From positions 6,619-70,618 of the forward strand of contig CAVPCE010000087.1 in the NCBI GenBank assembly GCA_963702295.1: 64,000 bases of DNA. Direction: 5' to 3'. The DNA is from an uncultured Acidobacteriaceae bacterium (lineage in GTDB: Bacteria > Acidobacteriota > Terriglobia > Terriglobales > Acidobacteriaceae). Position 1 is the first letter of the stretch. Every line of letters starts with the position of its first letter. The translations under genes were made by a program, and so were the position numbers. Below, piece after piece: positions 21,489 through 31,756 of this stretch. The notes beneath the pieces are model-generated. The model was not told the origin of the DNA. It was given only the letters and a program-made list of their open reading frames with translations, and searched no databases.

Positions 21489-21734
21489 GATGAAACCGGT
21501 TTCCTCCGCGGCGCTGCTCGCCGGGTATCCATTGCCCAGTCTCCTCCGCCTTAACCCTCCTGCCAATAGCACTTCCGGACCTGGCGTGCCCCGCATGGGG
21601 CAGAATCCAGTTGTTAACCCTTCAATCCACAGTGTTTAAAAATTTCCGCTGCCACGCAACTTTCCCGCGCCCCTCAGGGTCCATACAAGCGTGAGAGGCC
21701 CCGGCGGGCCTTCCACACAGCAACTCTCCTCGGA

Positions 21735-21781
21735 CAACGAGGCCTCCCACGCTGTATCGGTCGGCCTCGTTGATTTTTTTT
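21735..21781 (+). terminator. intrinsic terminator oriented for the plus strand
   Basis: 10-bp stem CAACGAGGCC (21735-21744) / GGCCTCGTTG (21763-21772), followed by A + T8 (21773-21781). On the minus strand the hairpin has no U-tract. Confidence 0.65.
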
Positions 21782-21787
21782 GTCCGC

Positions 21788-23147
21788 CTATTTCGCCGGA
21801 TCCACCAGTGCCCCATAAACGGCCGCATGGCTGCGATACAGCAGGCTGTGATTGTCCGGATGCAGCATCCGCTGGATCATCCCCACAAACACCACATCGT
21901 TCGTCGGATCCACCCAGAACCACGTCCCCGCCGCTCCATCCCAGAAGAACGTCCCCTTGCCATCCGGCAGCCCCGCTTCGCCCGGATCGAATACCACCGC
22001 GCAATTAAAGCCGTATCCAAATCCCGGCCGCATTACGTGCTGCCCGATACCCCACTCGCCTGTCAGCAAACTCGCCGGCAATTTATTGGTCGTCATCAGC
22101 CGCACCGTTGCCGGAGACAGAATCCGCTGTCCGTTCAGTTCACCGCCATTCGCCAGCATCTGCGCAAAGCGGTAGTAGTCCATCGGAGTCGAGACCAGGC
22201 CGCCTCCACCCGAAGGCATCGTCGGCTCCTTCTCAAAATCCTGTGGCGCCCCGCCCTCCGGTTCACGGGTACGATCCCGCCATCTGCCTGCCCGTTGCCC
22301 TTGTAGTTCGTTGCAAACCGTGCCCGCTTGTCTGCCGGCACGTAGAACCCCGCATCCTTCATTCCCAGCGGCGCAAAAATGTGTTCCCGATCGAAGTCCG
22401 GCAGCGTCTGTCCCGACAGCTTCTCGACGATGGCCCCCTCCACATCCATCGACGCCGAATACAGCCACTCTTTGCCCGGCTGATAGTTCAGTGGGATCTT
22501 CGCCAGCTTGTCGATGAACTCCTGCAGGTTCTCCGACTGCATCACGTGTTCCTGCTGGTACATCGCGTCCACCACGGTTTTCCCATTGCCATACGAGAAG
22601 CCCGCCGTGTGCGACATCAGCTCCCGCATCGTCGGCGCATGATCCGGATCCACCAGGACCATCTGCCCATCCTTGTCCACTCCGTCAAAAACCTTGAGGT
22701 GAGCGAACTCCGGAAGGTACTTCGCGATCGGATCCTGCGGCTGCCACTTGCCCTCCTCGTAAAGGATCATCATCGCCACACCCGTCGTCGGCTTCGTCAT
22801 CGAGTAGTCGCGGAAGATCGTATCCTTCGTCATCGCCGTGCCCGCCGCCATGTCCCGCATCCCATACGTCCGGTAATCGACGATCTTTCCGTGCCGCGCC
22901 AGGATCGTCACCGCCCCGGCCAGTTGCTTCTGGTCAATCTCTCCCTGGATCAGTGCGTGCAGTCGCTCCAGCCGCTCGCTGGAAAATCCCATCGATTCCG
23001 GCGTTGCTGTCGCCTCTGCAGTTGCCCCATCGGACTTCTGCGTTACCCGGCTCTCCTTTTTCCCTCTCGGACCCCCTGACGCGCTGTTCGCCAGACAGCC
23101 GCCAAAGCCGCTACAGCCAGAACCCGCACCATTGCAACTCTCTTCAT
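21788..23147 (-). pseudogene. serine hydrolase / beta-lactamase-family protein, two frame changes as assembled
   Basis: Signal/lipobox-like MKRVAMVRVLAVAALAA. A shift occurs near 23,090, after which the sequence reads SMGFSSERLERLH...DTIFRDYSMTKP (SxxK). A second shift near 22,27x is followed by LVSTPMDYYRFAQMLANGGELNG...FFWDGAAGTWFWVDP. Confidence 0.8.
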
Positions 23148-23336
23148 GGATTTCTCCTGCACGAACCGGCCCTTCAGACGGTCTCGATTCCTGGCGCCCG
23201 TTATATCAGAGCTGCCGCCCAATCCTGCTCACGATGTCAACAAAGATCCGGCGGTGAAATTCCCGCAAGTGTCCCAATCAGGTTCGAATTCTCCGCAGTC
23301 CTCTCGTGCCCTCTGTGGTGAAAGGGCAGGACACTC

Positions 23337-24464
23337 TCACGCCGCGCGCGGCATCTCCTCGCGGCCGGCCCGAATCCACAGCCGCGTCTTCCGGAACACA
23401 TCCAGATACGCCAGCAGACCCAGCACGCCGCCCAGAGCCGTGTACGCCGCTCGCCGATGCACCACCTCCGCCGGCGGCAATCCCGACATCGCCAGCAGAA
23501 ACACGATGTAAGCCGTCAGATTCAGCGTGAACAGCGCGTAGTTCACATTCAGCACTGAATATGCCCACCACGCGAAGAACACGATCAGTGCCGCCAGCAC
23601 CGCCGGCGTGGGATGCAGATGCGCCGCAATCAGCCCTGCCACCCCAGCGCCCACCAGCGTGCCTGTCACCCGCATCACGCCGCGCGTCATCGTCTGCAGC
23701 GCGTCGGCGCGAACCACCAGCAGCGTCGTCATCGGAATCCAGTAGCCGCTCAGGAAATTCACATGCCGATATACTTCCGCCGCCATCGTGACCACGACCG
23801 CCATCCGCAGGCTGTAGAGGCACACCGGTGTACGCAGGGACAGGCAATGCCGCACGCTTCCCAGGCTCTCCCGCAGTCCTGGACCCAGCGGCGACTCATC
23901 GGGCGCGCATCCCCGTCCCGTCCATCGGATCACCGCCCAGGAAATCAGCGTCTGCAACAGGCCGCCTGCCAGGATCAGCCCACACCGCGTCAGCGCCCCA
24001 CGCGCACTCGTGTGGAATGCGCTGCTTACCAGGAACCACACCGTCCACTGCTGCGCCACCCAGCTCGTGCCGCCCCGCATCGCCGTCAGCAGAGCGTAGG
24101 TCGCTGCCCATACTCCTGCCAGCAAGATAAACAGCACGCTCTCGTGGCCCAGCAGCATGCCCAGAAACGTCGCCAGCGTCATCCCCACTGCCGCCAGCAG
24201 CATCGGGATCACACACGATCCTCGAATTCTCTGCAGCGATCCCAGCCCCGCGGTGAACGCCCCTGCCGCCGCTACCAATCCCGCCCTGGGACTGCCCAGC
24301 GCAATCCCCACGGCCAGTGCCGCGGCCATCGTCGGCACCGATCGCCACGCCACTCCGGGATTCCACTTTGTCCGGTCGAACAGCAGCGTCTCGCGCAGCA
24401 GGCTCAGCTCATCCGGGATCCAGCTTCCCCCAGACCGCTCCGCGGCTTTCGGTTCCGTGCTCAT
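23337..24464 (-). CDS. FUSC-family (fusaric-acid-resistance-like) integral membrane protein
   Basis: 375 aa, intact, about 10 hydrophobic segments. The FUSC-like core reads LRMAVVVTMAAEVYRHVNFLSGYWIPMTTLLVVRADALQTMTRGVMRVTGTLVGA. Confidence 0.7.
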   Translation of the reverse strand: MSTEPKAAERSGGSWIPDELSLLRETLLFDRTKWNPGVAWRSVPTMAAALAVGIALGSPRAGLVAAAGAFTAGLGSLQRIRGSCVIPMLLAAVGMTLATFLGMLLGHESVLFILLAGVWAATYALLTAMRGGTSWVAQQWTVWFLVSSAFHTSARGALTRCGLILAGGLLQTLISWAVIRWTGRGCAPDESPLGPGLRESLGSVRHCLSLRTPVCLYSLRMAVVVTMAAEVYRHVNFLSGYWIPMTTLLVVRADALQTMTRGVMRVTGTLVGAGVAGLIAAHLHPTPAVLAALIVFFAWWAYSVLNVNYALFTLNLTAYIVFLLAMSGLPPAEVVHRRAAYTALGGVLGLLAYLDVFRKTRLWIRAGREEMPRAA

Positions 24465-24513
24465 CGCTCCTCACATGGATGCAGCCGCCTCGTGACGAAC
24501 CGGCCTCTTTCTC

Positions 24514-25134
24514 TCAGTGACATCCGCATCCCTGCCCTCGCCATGCTGCGCGCCCTTCCTTCATTAGCAGTGGCACGGCCACAAGCGCCGCAGCCGCATC
24601 CACCCATGGCAGGTGGAAGCCCGCGTTGATCGCCAACCCCGCCAGCGTCGCGAAAGCCAGCCACGCGCACGTCGCAGACTGCACTGCATCGGCCGCCAGC
24701 GCTGCATTTCCGATGCGCCGCGCCTCCCGCCTCTTCAACCAGGCCAGCCCCGGCATCGCCATCAGCGCCGCCGCCGTAATCGCCATCCCCGCGGCGCTCG
24801 TTTCCGGACGCCACCCCAGCGCCAGAGCCGCCACAGCGATCGTCCCCACGATCGCCGCCAGCGCAAACAACAGAAATCCCGCTGCCCGGCTGGCCGTCCG
24901 CTCCGCGATCCGCACCACCGGTGTGAACTGCAGAACCACGACGCCCGCCGACAGCAGTTCCACAAAGCTGTCAGATCCAAATGCCAGCAGCGCGACGCTG
25001 TGGGCCGCCTCGGCTGCATACAGTGCGACCCCGCACTCCACCAGCATCCACGCCGCGGTGACGCCCTGGAGCCAGAGAATACCCGAAGAGGATCGTGCGC
25101 GGAGCTCAGCCGAATCGGCCATCCGCCCGATCAT
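24514..25134 (-). CDS. cation-transporter (CDF-like transmembrane domain only) protein
   Basis: About 206 aa from MIGRMAD. AHSVALLAFGSDSFVELLSAGVVVLQF resembles CDF TM2. Ends in a CGCH tail. The upstream part of the track ORF overlaps the next gene and is rejected. Confidence 0.55.
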   Translation of the reverse strand: MIGRMADSAELRARSSSGILWLQGVTAAWMLVECGVALYAAEAAHSVALLAFGSDSFVELLSAGVVVLQFTPVVRIAERTASRAAGFLLFALAAIVGTIAVAALALGWRPETSAAGMAITAAALMAMPGLAWLKRREARRIGNAALAADAVQSATCAWLAFATLAGLAINAGFHLPWVDAAAALVAVPLLMKEGRAAWRGQGCGCH

Positions 25135-25184
25135 AAAGCCGCGCGTCGGCGATTCTCCAGCCTCTCGCCCTGTGTCGATCCGCC

Positions 25185-26189
25185 CTACTTCTTCGCCACC
25201 ACCACAATCTCGAATGAACCCGGTTTCATCTGCGGTCTCTGGCCCGCAGCCGCCGCTTCCATCTGCGCTGTCGGCAAAAATATCTCCCCCCGCATCGCAT
25301 CCAGGCCCATCGTCCGCGCGCCTTCTGCCGTCTTCAGGCTCTGATCCACGGAGAATCGCCCCGCCTTCTCGCCCACCACCGTCAGCGATCCGTCGCGGCA
25401 GCTGGCAAAGGCCTGGCTCCCCAGCGCAGCCGTTGCATCGACGCCCGCCCCAATCGGCAGGTCCGCCTCTACCTTGCCGTCTTCCGTGCTCATCACGATC
25501 AACTTCTGCGGATTGCGACAGCCGATAAACAGCCGGTGTGCCTTCGCATCGATCGCCAATCCCACCGGATGCCCGCCCGGCGCCACCGGCCACCGCGCCA
25601 GCACCTTCCTCGTGCGCAGATCCACCTCCGCCACCAGATCTTTGTCCTCGAGGTTGATGTAGGCCTTCCCGCTCCCGTCCGCGGCCAGAAACTCCGGCTT
25701 CCCGCCCAGATCGATCGGCGGATCGATCTTCCCGTTCTTCGGATCGATGTCCGGCTTAAACGTCATCAGCGCCCCGCCGTCGCCCGACACCGCCAGCACC
25801 TCATCGGTTGCCGCGTCGTAGATGATCCCGTCTGAATCCGGCATCGTCGCCAGCTTTCCCAGCACCTGATACGTCTTCATGTCGAAGATCAGAATCGCGC
25901 CGCTGCCCCCGCCGTCCGTGATGAATCCTCGTCCCAGCTTTGGCGCCAGTGCCACGCCATGCGATCGCACCTGCCCCGGAATTTCCGCCAGCACCTTGCC
26001 CGTCTCTTCGTCGATTGCCTGGGTGTGCGTCGACCGCGTCACAAAGAAACGGTGATGCGCCGCGTCTACCGTCACGTAGTCCCAGCCGCCCTCGCCGCCC
26101 ACGTGAAACGTCTTCGTGACCTGCCACTGGGTCTGCGCCATCATCGACGCCACACCCGCAAGACCCGCCAGACTCACCGCCAAAGCCAC
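25185..26189 (-). CDS. YncE-like beta-propeller protein
   Basis: 334 aa, intact. Signal-like N-terminus, then FHVGGEGGWDYVTVDAAHHRFFVT, SHGVALAPKLGRGFITDG, PVGLAIDAKAHRLFIGC and other YncE-type blades. GTG start directly follows an in-frame stop. Confidence 0.75.
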   Translation of the reverse strand: MALAVSLAGLAGVASMMAQTQWQVTKTFHVGGEGGWDYVTVDAAHHRFFVTRSTHTQAIDEETGKVLAEIPGQVRSHGVALAPKLGRGFITDGGGSGAILIFDMKTYQVLGKLATMPDSDGIIYDAATDEVLAVSGDGGALMTFKPDIDPKNGKIDPPIDLGGKPEFLAADGSGKAYINLEDKDLVAEVDLRTRKVLARWPVAPGGHPVGLAIDAKAHRLFIGCRNPQKLIVMSTEDGKVEADLPIGAGVDATAALGSQAFASCRDGSLTVVGEKAGRFSVDQSLKTAEGARTMGLDAMRGEIFLPTAQMEAAAAGQRPQMKPGSFEIVVVAKK

Positions 26190-26323
26190 TGTCCGGATTC
26201 ACATCAGCCTTCTCCTCGCGGGATTTGCCGCTCCCCACAAATCGAATCTTTGCGGCCTTATGACTCTACGCACCCTGCCTGAATTCTTCATGAAGACTCC
26301 GCCGTCACCCTCTGCCATGTGGC

Positions 26324-28648
26324 TTACGGCTCTGCCGTCATCGTAGAGCGGTGGCCAGTCACTGTCGTCCAGTAGTCGATCCAGCGCTCCCGGATCCCGT
26401 TTGTCCGCTCGATCAGCTCTGCACTCGGCGTCTTCCCGTGCTCCACCACCACGACCATCCCGGTGTTGAAGTCCTTCTGCGCGTGTTCCACATCCGGCTG
26501 TCGCGGTCCTTCCGCGGCAATCACATCCTGGATCGTGACCTTCGTGCGGTCCGCCTTATAGATCGGACGCCCCTGCGCATCATGTCCGGCCGGACTCAGA
26601 TTTCTCAGGATGAAAAAATCCGGCACCTCATCGGCTGAGATCAGCCCCATCAGATACAGATCGAGATACGAATATCCCGTTGCCGGCACATAGTAGTTAT
26701 CGTCCAGCTGCGTATACGTTCCGTCGTAGTTGTCCTGCCATACGCCTCCGCCCATGGCCGACGCCTCCGTCGGCCGCTGATAAGGAAACGGCACCGGTGC
26801 CTGCAGCCCCATCGCCCAGTGAACCGGCCCCAGGTCGATCGTCTCCCCGTTCACCTTTGCCGACACGAATGCCGACCATCGATGTCCCATCTCATGCCCG
26901 ATCTGCGACATTGCATAGTCGTACGGCGGAATCTTCCCGTTCGACGTCCGCTCCTTCAGCTGCTGGCTGTAAGCCATGATGTCGTGACGGTTCGGGTTCG
27001 TCAGGCCTGCCGGCGGATACTCCTGCATCTGGTTCGCCCCCGCATACACGGGCTGCACGAACTGCCACTGGAACCGCCCCTTCGTGCAGTAATCCGCCAG
27101 GCCCACCTGCTCCGCGCCAATCCCCGTGACCTCTCCGCCAGAAGGTCCGCCTCCCCGTGGTCCGTCGCTCGGCGTTCCCGCTTCCGGATTATCCACCCGA
27201 AAATCCGAGTAGTACGCCAGCAGGTCAAAACGATCCCCAGCGCCTGAATCACCGAGCAGGTCAGATCCTCCGGCCGCGGCGCCTTCCCATAGTGAAAGCC
27301 CTCGTACGCCACCGGAAACGGTCCCGCGCCGTTCCCCAGCGTGGCAAAATGCACCGCGGGACTGCTCAGTCCTGCCAGCTTCACTGCATGCGCCGGGATC
27401 TGTAACGCCTCTTTCGTTCCAGGAATTTCAACGGCCGCGCTCACAAACACCCGATTTCCCGCCTGATATCCCTCCGGCAGCGTTCCCTCGACCCATAACG
27501 AATCGCCCTCGGCTGTCACCTCAGGTCGAAGCCCCGAGCCCAACGTCCGATACTGCGGCCCGCCACTGTACGACTCGTGCTTCCACGCTCCGGTTCCCGA
27601 TACTGTCCAGACCACATCATCGCTCCCGCCTCGCCGGCATCCGCCCGCTCGTTCGATCTTGTCCAGGCAAACGGTATAGCCGATGCCCGCAATCCCCGGA
27701 TCAGTCCCGGGCAACATCGCTCCCGAGCCTCGAGCCGCACCTTCAGGAACAGTCCGTCCACGGCGCTCAGCGCAATCTGCCGCACATCCAGATTCGCCGG
27801 CAGTCCTTCATGCGCCTGCACGGCCAGCGTCGCAATGGCGGTCTCCTCGCCCTTCTGCACCAGCGGGAAAACACCCACCAGCGCATCCCGTGCGGCTACC
27901 TTGTCGTAGGAAAACTCAATGGTCCCGTCCCGATGCAGCACCGCCTGGAATCGGTTCACCGTCGGCGTCCACGTCCAGTCCTGAATACCGCCCACTGGTT
28001 CGGTCAGGCTCCAGGTCACCACCGCTCGGTCGTCCAGTTCCTTCCAGTAGCGCGTGCCCGTCATCCTCGGCTTGAAGAACACGCTGATGGCCGGAATGGT
28101 GTTGATGACTTCCGATCCGGCTTCGGCCAGTTCCACATACCGCTCCATGGCCAGGCCGCCTTCCCGTCCCACCCACGCGCCGCGCCGTCCTGGCTGCCGT
28201 TCCTCCTCTTGTGGTCCGGGCACAATCGTCCCCGTCTCGCCAATCGAAAACGTCTTCCACTCTTTCCCTGAAAACGGAAAGACAAACTTATCCAGCGTGA
28301 CCTCGGGCTTCTTCAATGCCGCGCCGAAGTCCGCGTCCCACAGGAACGGCACGTTCTCCACCCGATACCCCGCCCCCTCCGGCGAAAAGCGCAGGTATGG
28401 TGCTCCAGATCGAAAAGGTTCACCTTCCCCAGCGCTCCCGCCTTCAGCGTCAGCACGATCAGCTTGCCATGCGTCGTCACGGCTCCAATCGAGTGTCCCG
28501 GCGTCTCCTCGAACTGTGCCCACGCGGGGATCGCCGCCAGCGCCGCCATCAGCAAAATCACCGCCAGGCGCAGGCTCGCCGAATTTTTCAATCGCGCCGT
28601 CGGCGTTTGAAACGTCCGGCATCGCTCCCCGCAGATTCTCAGCTGCAT
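26324..28648 (-). pseudogene. secreted HExxH zinc metalloprotease of unassigned family, three frame changes as assembled
   Basis: Four consecutive frames read as one ~775-aa protein. The signal peptide is MQLRICGER...[19 protein letters not shown] large N-terminal region follows ([19 protein letters not shown]...TWSLTEPVGGIQDWTWTP). The C-terminal catalytic region contains YAMSQIGHEMGHRWSAF. Shifts lie near 28,403, 27,720 and 27,260. Confidence 0.65.
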
Positions 28649-28700
28649 ACGCGGTTCTCTCCTTCAGCGCTTTGGAATGCATACAATCAGCGTTTTTACG

Positions 28701-28710
28701 TTGTATACAA
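28701..28710. promoter_or_regulatory. perfect 10-bp palindrome TTGTATACAA in the divergent metalloprotease/panD intergenic region
   Basis: Read directly. ATACAATC occurs twice (28681-28688 and 28705-28712) in an AT-rich tract about 105 nt upstream of panD. Confidence 0.35.
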
Positions 28711-28815
28711 TCGGCCGCGACAAGAGCAACTCTTCCCCGTCGTCCGATCCCAACGCCTACGATAAAGACAGCCACTGCATCCGCGGTTGGGAGCGGCAGG
28801 CTGGAAGGGGTAGTC

Positions 28816-29181
28816 GTGCGCTGGTTTCTTCGTTCCAAGATTCACAATGCCACCGTCACTGAAGCCGATCTCCATTACGTAGGCAGCATCACCATCGACA
28901 GCGACCTCATGGAGAAGGTCGGTCTTGAACCCGGCGAAAAAGTCCTCGTCGTCAGCAACACCTCGGGCGCTCGCCTGGAGACCTACACCATCGCCGGTCC
29001 GCGCGGCTCCGGCGACATCCAGATCAACGGCGCCGCCGCTCACCTGATCAAAAAAGGCGAAGAGGTCATCATCATGGGCTTTGAGCTTTCCGAGAAGCCC
29101 ATCCACCCCAAAGTTATCCTTATCGGCCCCGGCAATCGCGCGCCGCAATGGCTCACCGAGGACGCCTCGCACAATCGCTGA
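28816..29181 (+). CDS. panD: aspartate 1-decarboxylase
   Basis: [37 protein letters not shown]...GARLETYTI, including the conserved self-cleavage region YVGS. GTG start 28816 is preceded by GGAAGGGG. Confidence 0.9.
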   Translation: MRWFLRSKIHNATVTEADLHYVGSITIDSDLMEKVGLEPGEKVLVVSNTSGARLETYTIAGPRGSGDIQINGAAAHLIKKGEEVIIMGFELSEKPIHPKVILIGPGNRAPQWLTEDASHNR

Positions 29182-29214
29182 CGGCAGCTCCGCCCAGCGC
29201 GCCCATCCCCGGCC

Positions 29215-30381
29215 TCACCGCCCGGAAGCGGGCGCCGGCGCGGAATCATGTCCAGCGCCGCGTTCCCGCGGGACTGCGTCCTGATCCGTCAGCGTCTGCA
29301 GAAACGCCAGCACATCGTCGATCTGCTGCTCGTTCCACACCGGCGCCTCGCCGCGCTTCCGATTCAGCGGAGCGTCGATCGTGTCCACGTTAACCCGGTC
29401 CTGCGGAGGCAGATCGTTGAACTTCTCCACCTTGCCGTTCGCTCCTCGCGGATACCACTTCTCCGGATCGGTATCCCGCTCGACGTAAAACTCCAGCACC
29501 TGCCGCAGCGAGTGAAATTCCCCGTTATGAAAGAAAATCTGCCGAATCGCGGCATTCCGCAGCGACGGCGTGCGGAACAGCCCGCAGTAAGAGGCATCAT
29601 GACTCGCCGCATCCCTGCGATACGGCCCGCAAAGCCCCAGGTCGTAGTAATGCGGATCGTGGTTCCAGGGAATAGCAGCGTTGCGTGGCACCCCCACTGC
29701 CTCAAACTGAAAATCGGTAAACAGCGGATGCGCTCCGTTCGCACCCACTTCATCGAGGTGGCACGTGGCGCAATTGCCCCCGTCCGGATCGTCGAACAGC
29801 CGCTTTCCGCGCAGCTCCTGCGGCGTCAGCTCCGCCTTGCCGTCCAACCACCGGTCAAACTTGCTGGAATAGGGCGCAAAACTCGGATCCTCCAGCTCGA
29901 ACGCCTGCAGTGCTTCCATCGCCTCCCGCGCTGCCAGTGCCGGCTGCTTGAAAATCTGCTCGCCAAAAAGGCTCTTGAACTCGCCAGCATAGGTGGCTCG
30001 GCTCAGCTTCACCGCCAGCGTCCCGGCGTCCCCGTTGTCCATCTCCACAGGGGAAAACAGCGGCAGGTTTGCCTGAGCGTGCAGCGAGTTGTAGCGCCCA
30101 TCCCATGTATATCCACCCGCCGGAACCTCATTGGTTTCCGTCAGCTGCTCAATGGGATTCGTGGCCATCGCATGCGACCACGCCGGTACGTGGCTCAGGA
30201 TGTAGCGCAGCGAGGGCACGGCCCGAAATCCAGGGCTCTTCAGATGTGGACCGCCGTACTGCACCGGCAGTCCGTTCGGAGGCCCATACGCAAACGATGG
30301 ATTGTGGCATGTCGCGCACGCCATCTTCCCCGACGCCGAAAGCGTCGGGTCGAAAAAGATCTTCTTTCCCAGCGCCGACAT
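29215..30381 (-). CDS. di-haem cytochrome c peroxidase (CCP/MauG family)
   Basis: LGKKIFFDPTLSASGKMACATCH and GNCATCH haem-binding motifs; FRTPSLRNAA...FFHNGEFHSLRQVLEFY. A signal-anchor-like ORF (30406-30555) sits in the same frame, separated only by a TGA at 30403-30405. Confidence 0.85.
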   Translation of the reverse strand: MSALGKKIFFDPTLSASGKMACATCHNPSFAYGPPNGLPVQYGGPHLKSPGFRAVPSLRYILSHVPAWSHAMATNPIEQLTETNEVPAGGYTWDGRYNSLHAQANLPLFSPVEMDNGDAGTLAVKLSRATYAGEFKSLFGEQIFKQPALAAREAMEALQAFELEDPSFAPYSSKFDRWLDGKAELTPQELRGKRLFDDPDGGNCATCHLDEVGANGAHPLFTDFQFEAVGVPRNAAIPWNHDPHYYDLGLCGPYRRDAASHDASYCGLFRTPSLRNAAIRQIFFHNGEFHSLRQVLEFYVERDTDPEKWYPRGANGKVEKFNDLPPQDRVNVDTIDAPLNRKRGEAPVWNEQQIDDVLAFLQTLTDQDAVPRERGAGHDSAPAPASGR

Positions 30382-30535
30382 CGCCTCTGATCGCGCATCC
30401 TTTCACGTCGCGTTCGATCCGGGCGCTGCTGACGCGCGCACCGACCCCGCATCCCACAGCATCACCGTGGCCACCAGAACTCCGGCGGCGAGAAAGAAAA
30501 GTCCCGCGAGTCTTCCGCCGGACCGTCTCCGTCTC

Positions 30536-31756
30536 TCAGTGCGCTGTAAAGACATCAGACCCAAACGCCGCCAGTCCCTTCTGACCGGCATATCCCAGAT
30601 ACTCATCGATGCCGAAAATCTCCTCGAGCGACTTCAGCAGGGAATAGTGGTTATACGGCACATCCGAGAGAGTCCCTGGCCGAATGTATCGCGACAGCAG
30701 CAGCGCCCCCGGCCGATCGCCCCCATAACTCAGCGTCCGGATCGTAATCCGCCGTCCGTGCGACATCTGTGTCCGCACCGTCGGATACGTTCTTCCCAGA
30801 TTCGGACCCTCCTGCTCGTTGCAGCACGCCGCCCCATCCACCGTCACGTCCGTACCCAGCGCCGTCTTCTCGATCTTCCCGTCGCCCCCCTCGTCAAAAG
30901 TGATGATCAGGAGTCCATCCTTCTTATAGGCGGGCGAATCGAGAATCACCGGAATCCACTTTTGCAGAAACATGTTGATCGACTTCAGCCCGCCCGGCTC
31001 TCCATTCGCGCACGGAGAGTCGTGTCCGTCGTTACACAGGTTCGGCGTGATGAAGCTGAAATTGGGCGTGGTCTCGATGGATCGAAGATTCGTCGTCAGC
31101 TCCCTCAAGTTCACTACATTCCTTTTGCAAACCGGCTCATCGATCATCGCGTGGAAGTACATGAATGGATCGTGCCGGGTCGCATACATATCGCCCAGCG
31201 GAACCGCCGCGCTCCGCCCCTCCGCTTCCTCGGTCAGGTCCGGCTCATTCAGCGGAGGATGCCCGCACGTCGCCGACTCGCGCGCCGGATCGTTGCCCAT
31301 GTCTTCCATGTAGCCCTTCCACGTCAGCCCCGCCGCCATCAGCTGATTTGCCAGCGTCTTCACCGATGCCGGATACACGCAGCCCTGCCCCACCGCCTGC
31401 CCATCGGCCGCCATGCCGGTCTGGTGAAAATCCTCAAACTTGCCGCAGTCGTTCGAGGTCTGCGGCGTCGAGGCCTGCCCCCCCATCATGGCGATGTAGT
31501 TGTCCAGGCTGTTGTGCCCCGTCCCGTAATACTGGGTCAGCAGAGCGCCTTTGGCTCGCAGTGTGTCCGCCAGATACGGCGCATCCGAATGCGGGCCAAA
31601 CGTTGCGGTGAAGTTCTTGTTCTCCAGCACCACCAGAAAAACATGCCGGATCGGCGGCATCGCCGTCGGCGCTTCCTGGCTCCCCGCTAAAATCGGCGTT
31701 CCGAGCACAGCAAACAAAAACAGCCAGACGAGCAGTCGTCGAGGGATCATCAGCAA
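30536..31756 (-). CDS. phosphoesterase-family protein (acid phosphatase/phospholipase C-like)
   Basis: Signal peptide, then IRHVFLVVLENKNF, ATRHDPFMYF, FSFITPNLCNDGHD and LLIITFDEGG, which are typical of the phosphoesterase family. Confidence 0.75.
   Translation of the reverse strand: MLMIPRRLLVWLFLFAVLGTPILAGSQEAPTAMPPIRHVFLVVLENKNFTATFGPHSDAPYLADTLRAKGALLTQYYGTGHNSLDNYIAMMGGQASTPQTSNDCGKFEDFHQTGMAADGQAVGQGCVYPASVKTLANQLMAAGLTWKGYMEDMGNDPARESATCGHPPLNEPDLTEEAEGRSAAVPLGDMYATRHDPFMYFHAMIDEPVCKRNVVNLRELTTNLRSIETTPNFSFITPNLCNDGHDSPCANGEPGGLKSINMFLQKWIPVILDSPAYKKDGLLIITFDEGGDGKIEKTALGTDVTVDGAACCNEQEGPNLGRTYPTVRTQMSHGRRITIRTLSYGGDRPGALLLSRYIRPGTLSDVPYNHYSLLKSLEEIFGIDEYLGYAGQKGLAAFGSDVFTAH

Noticed and set aside
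30403-30405. Reading the in-frame TGA in the peroxidase leader as selenocysteine.
   Set aside because: The codon lies in the linker between the signal anchor and the mature domain, where no redox Cys/Sec is expected. I see no obvious SECIS-like hairpin immediately downstream. A substitution or nonsense mutation is simpler.
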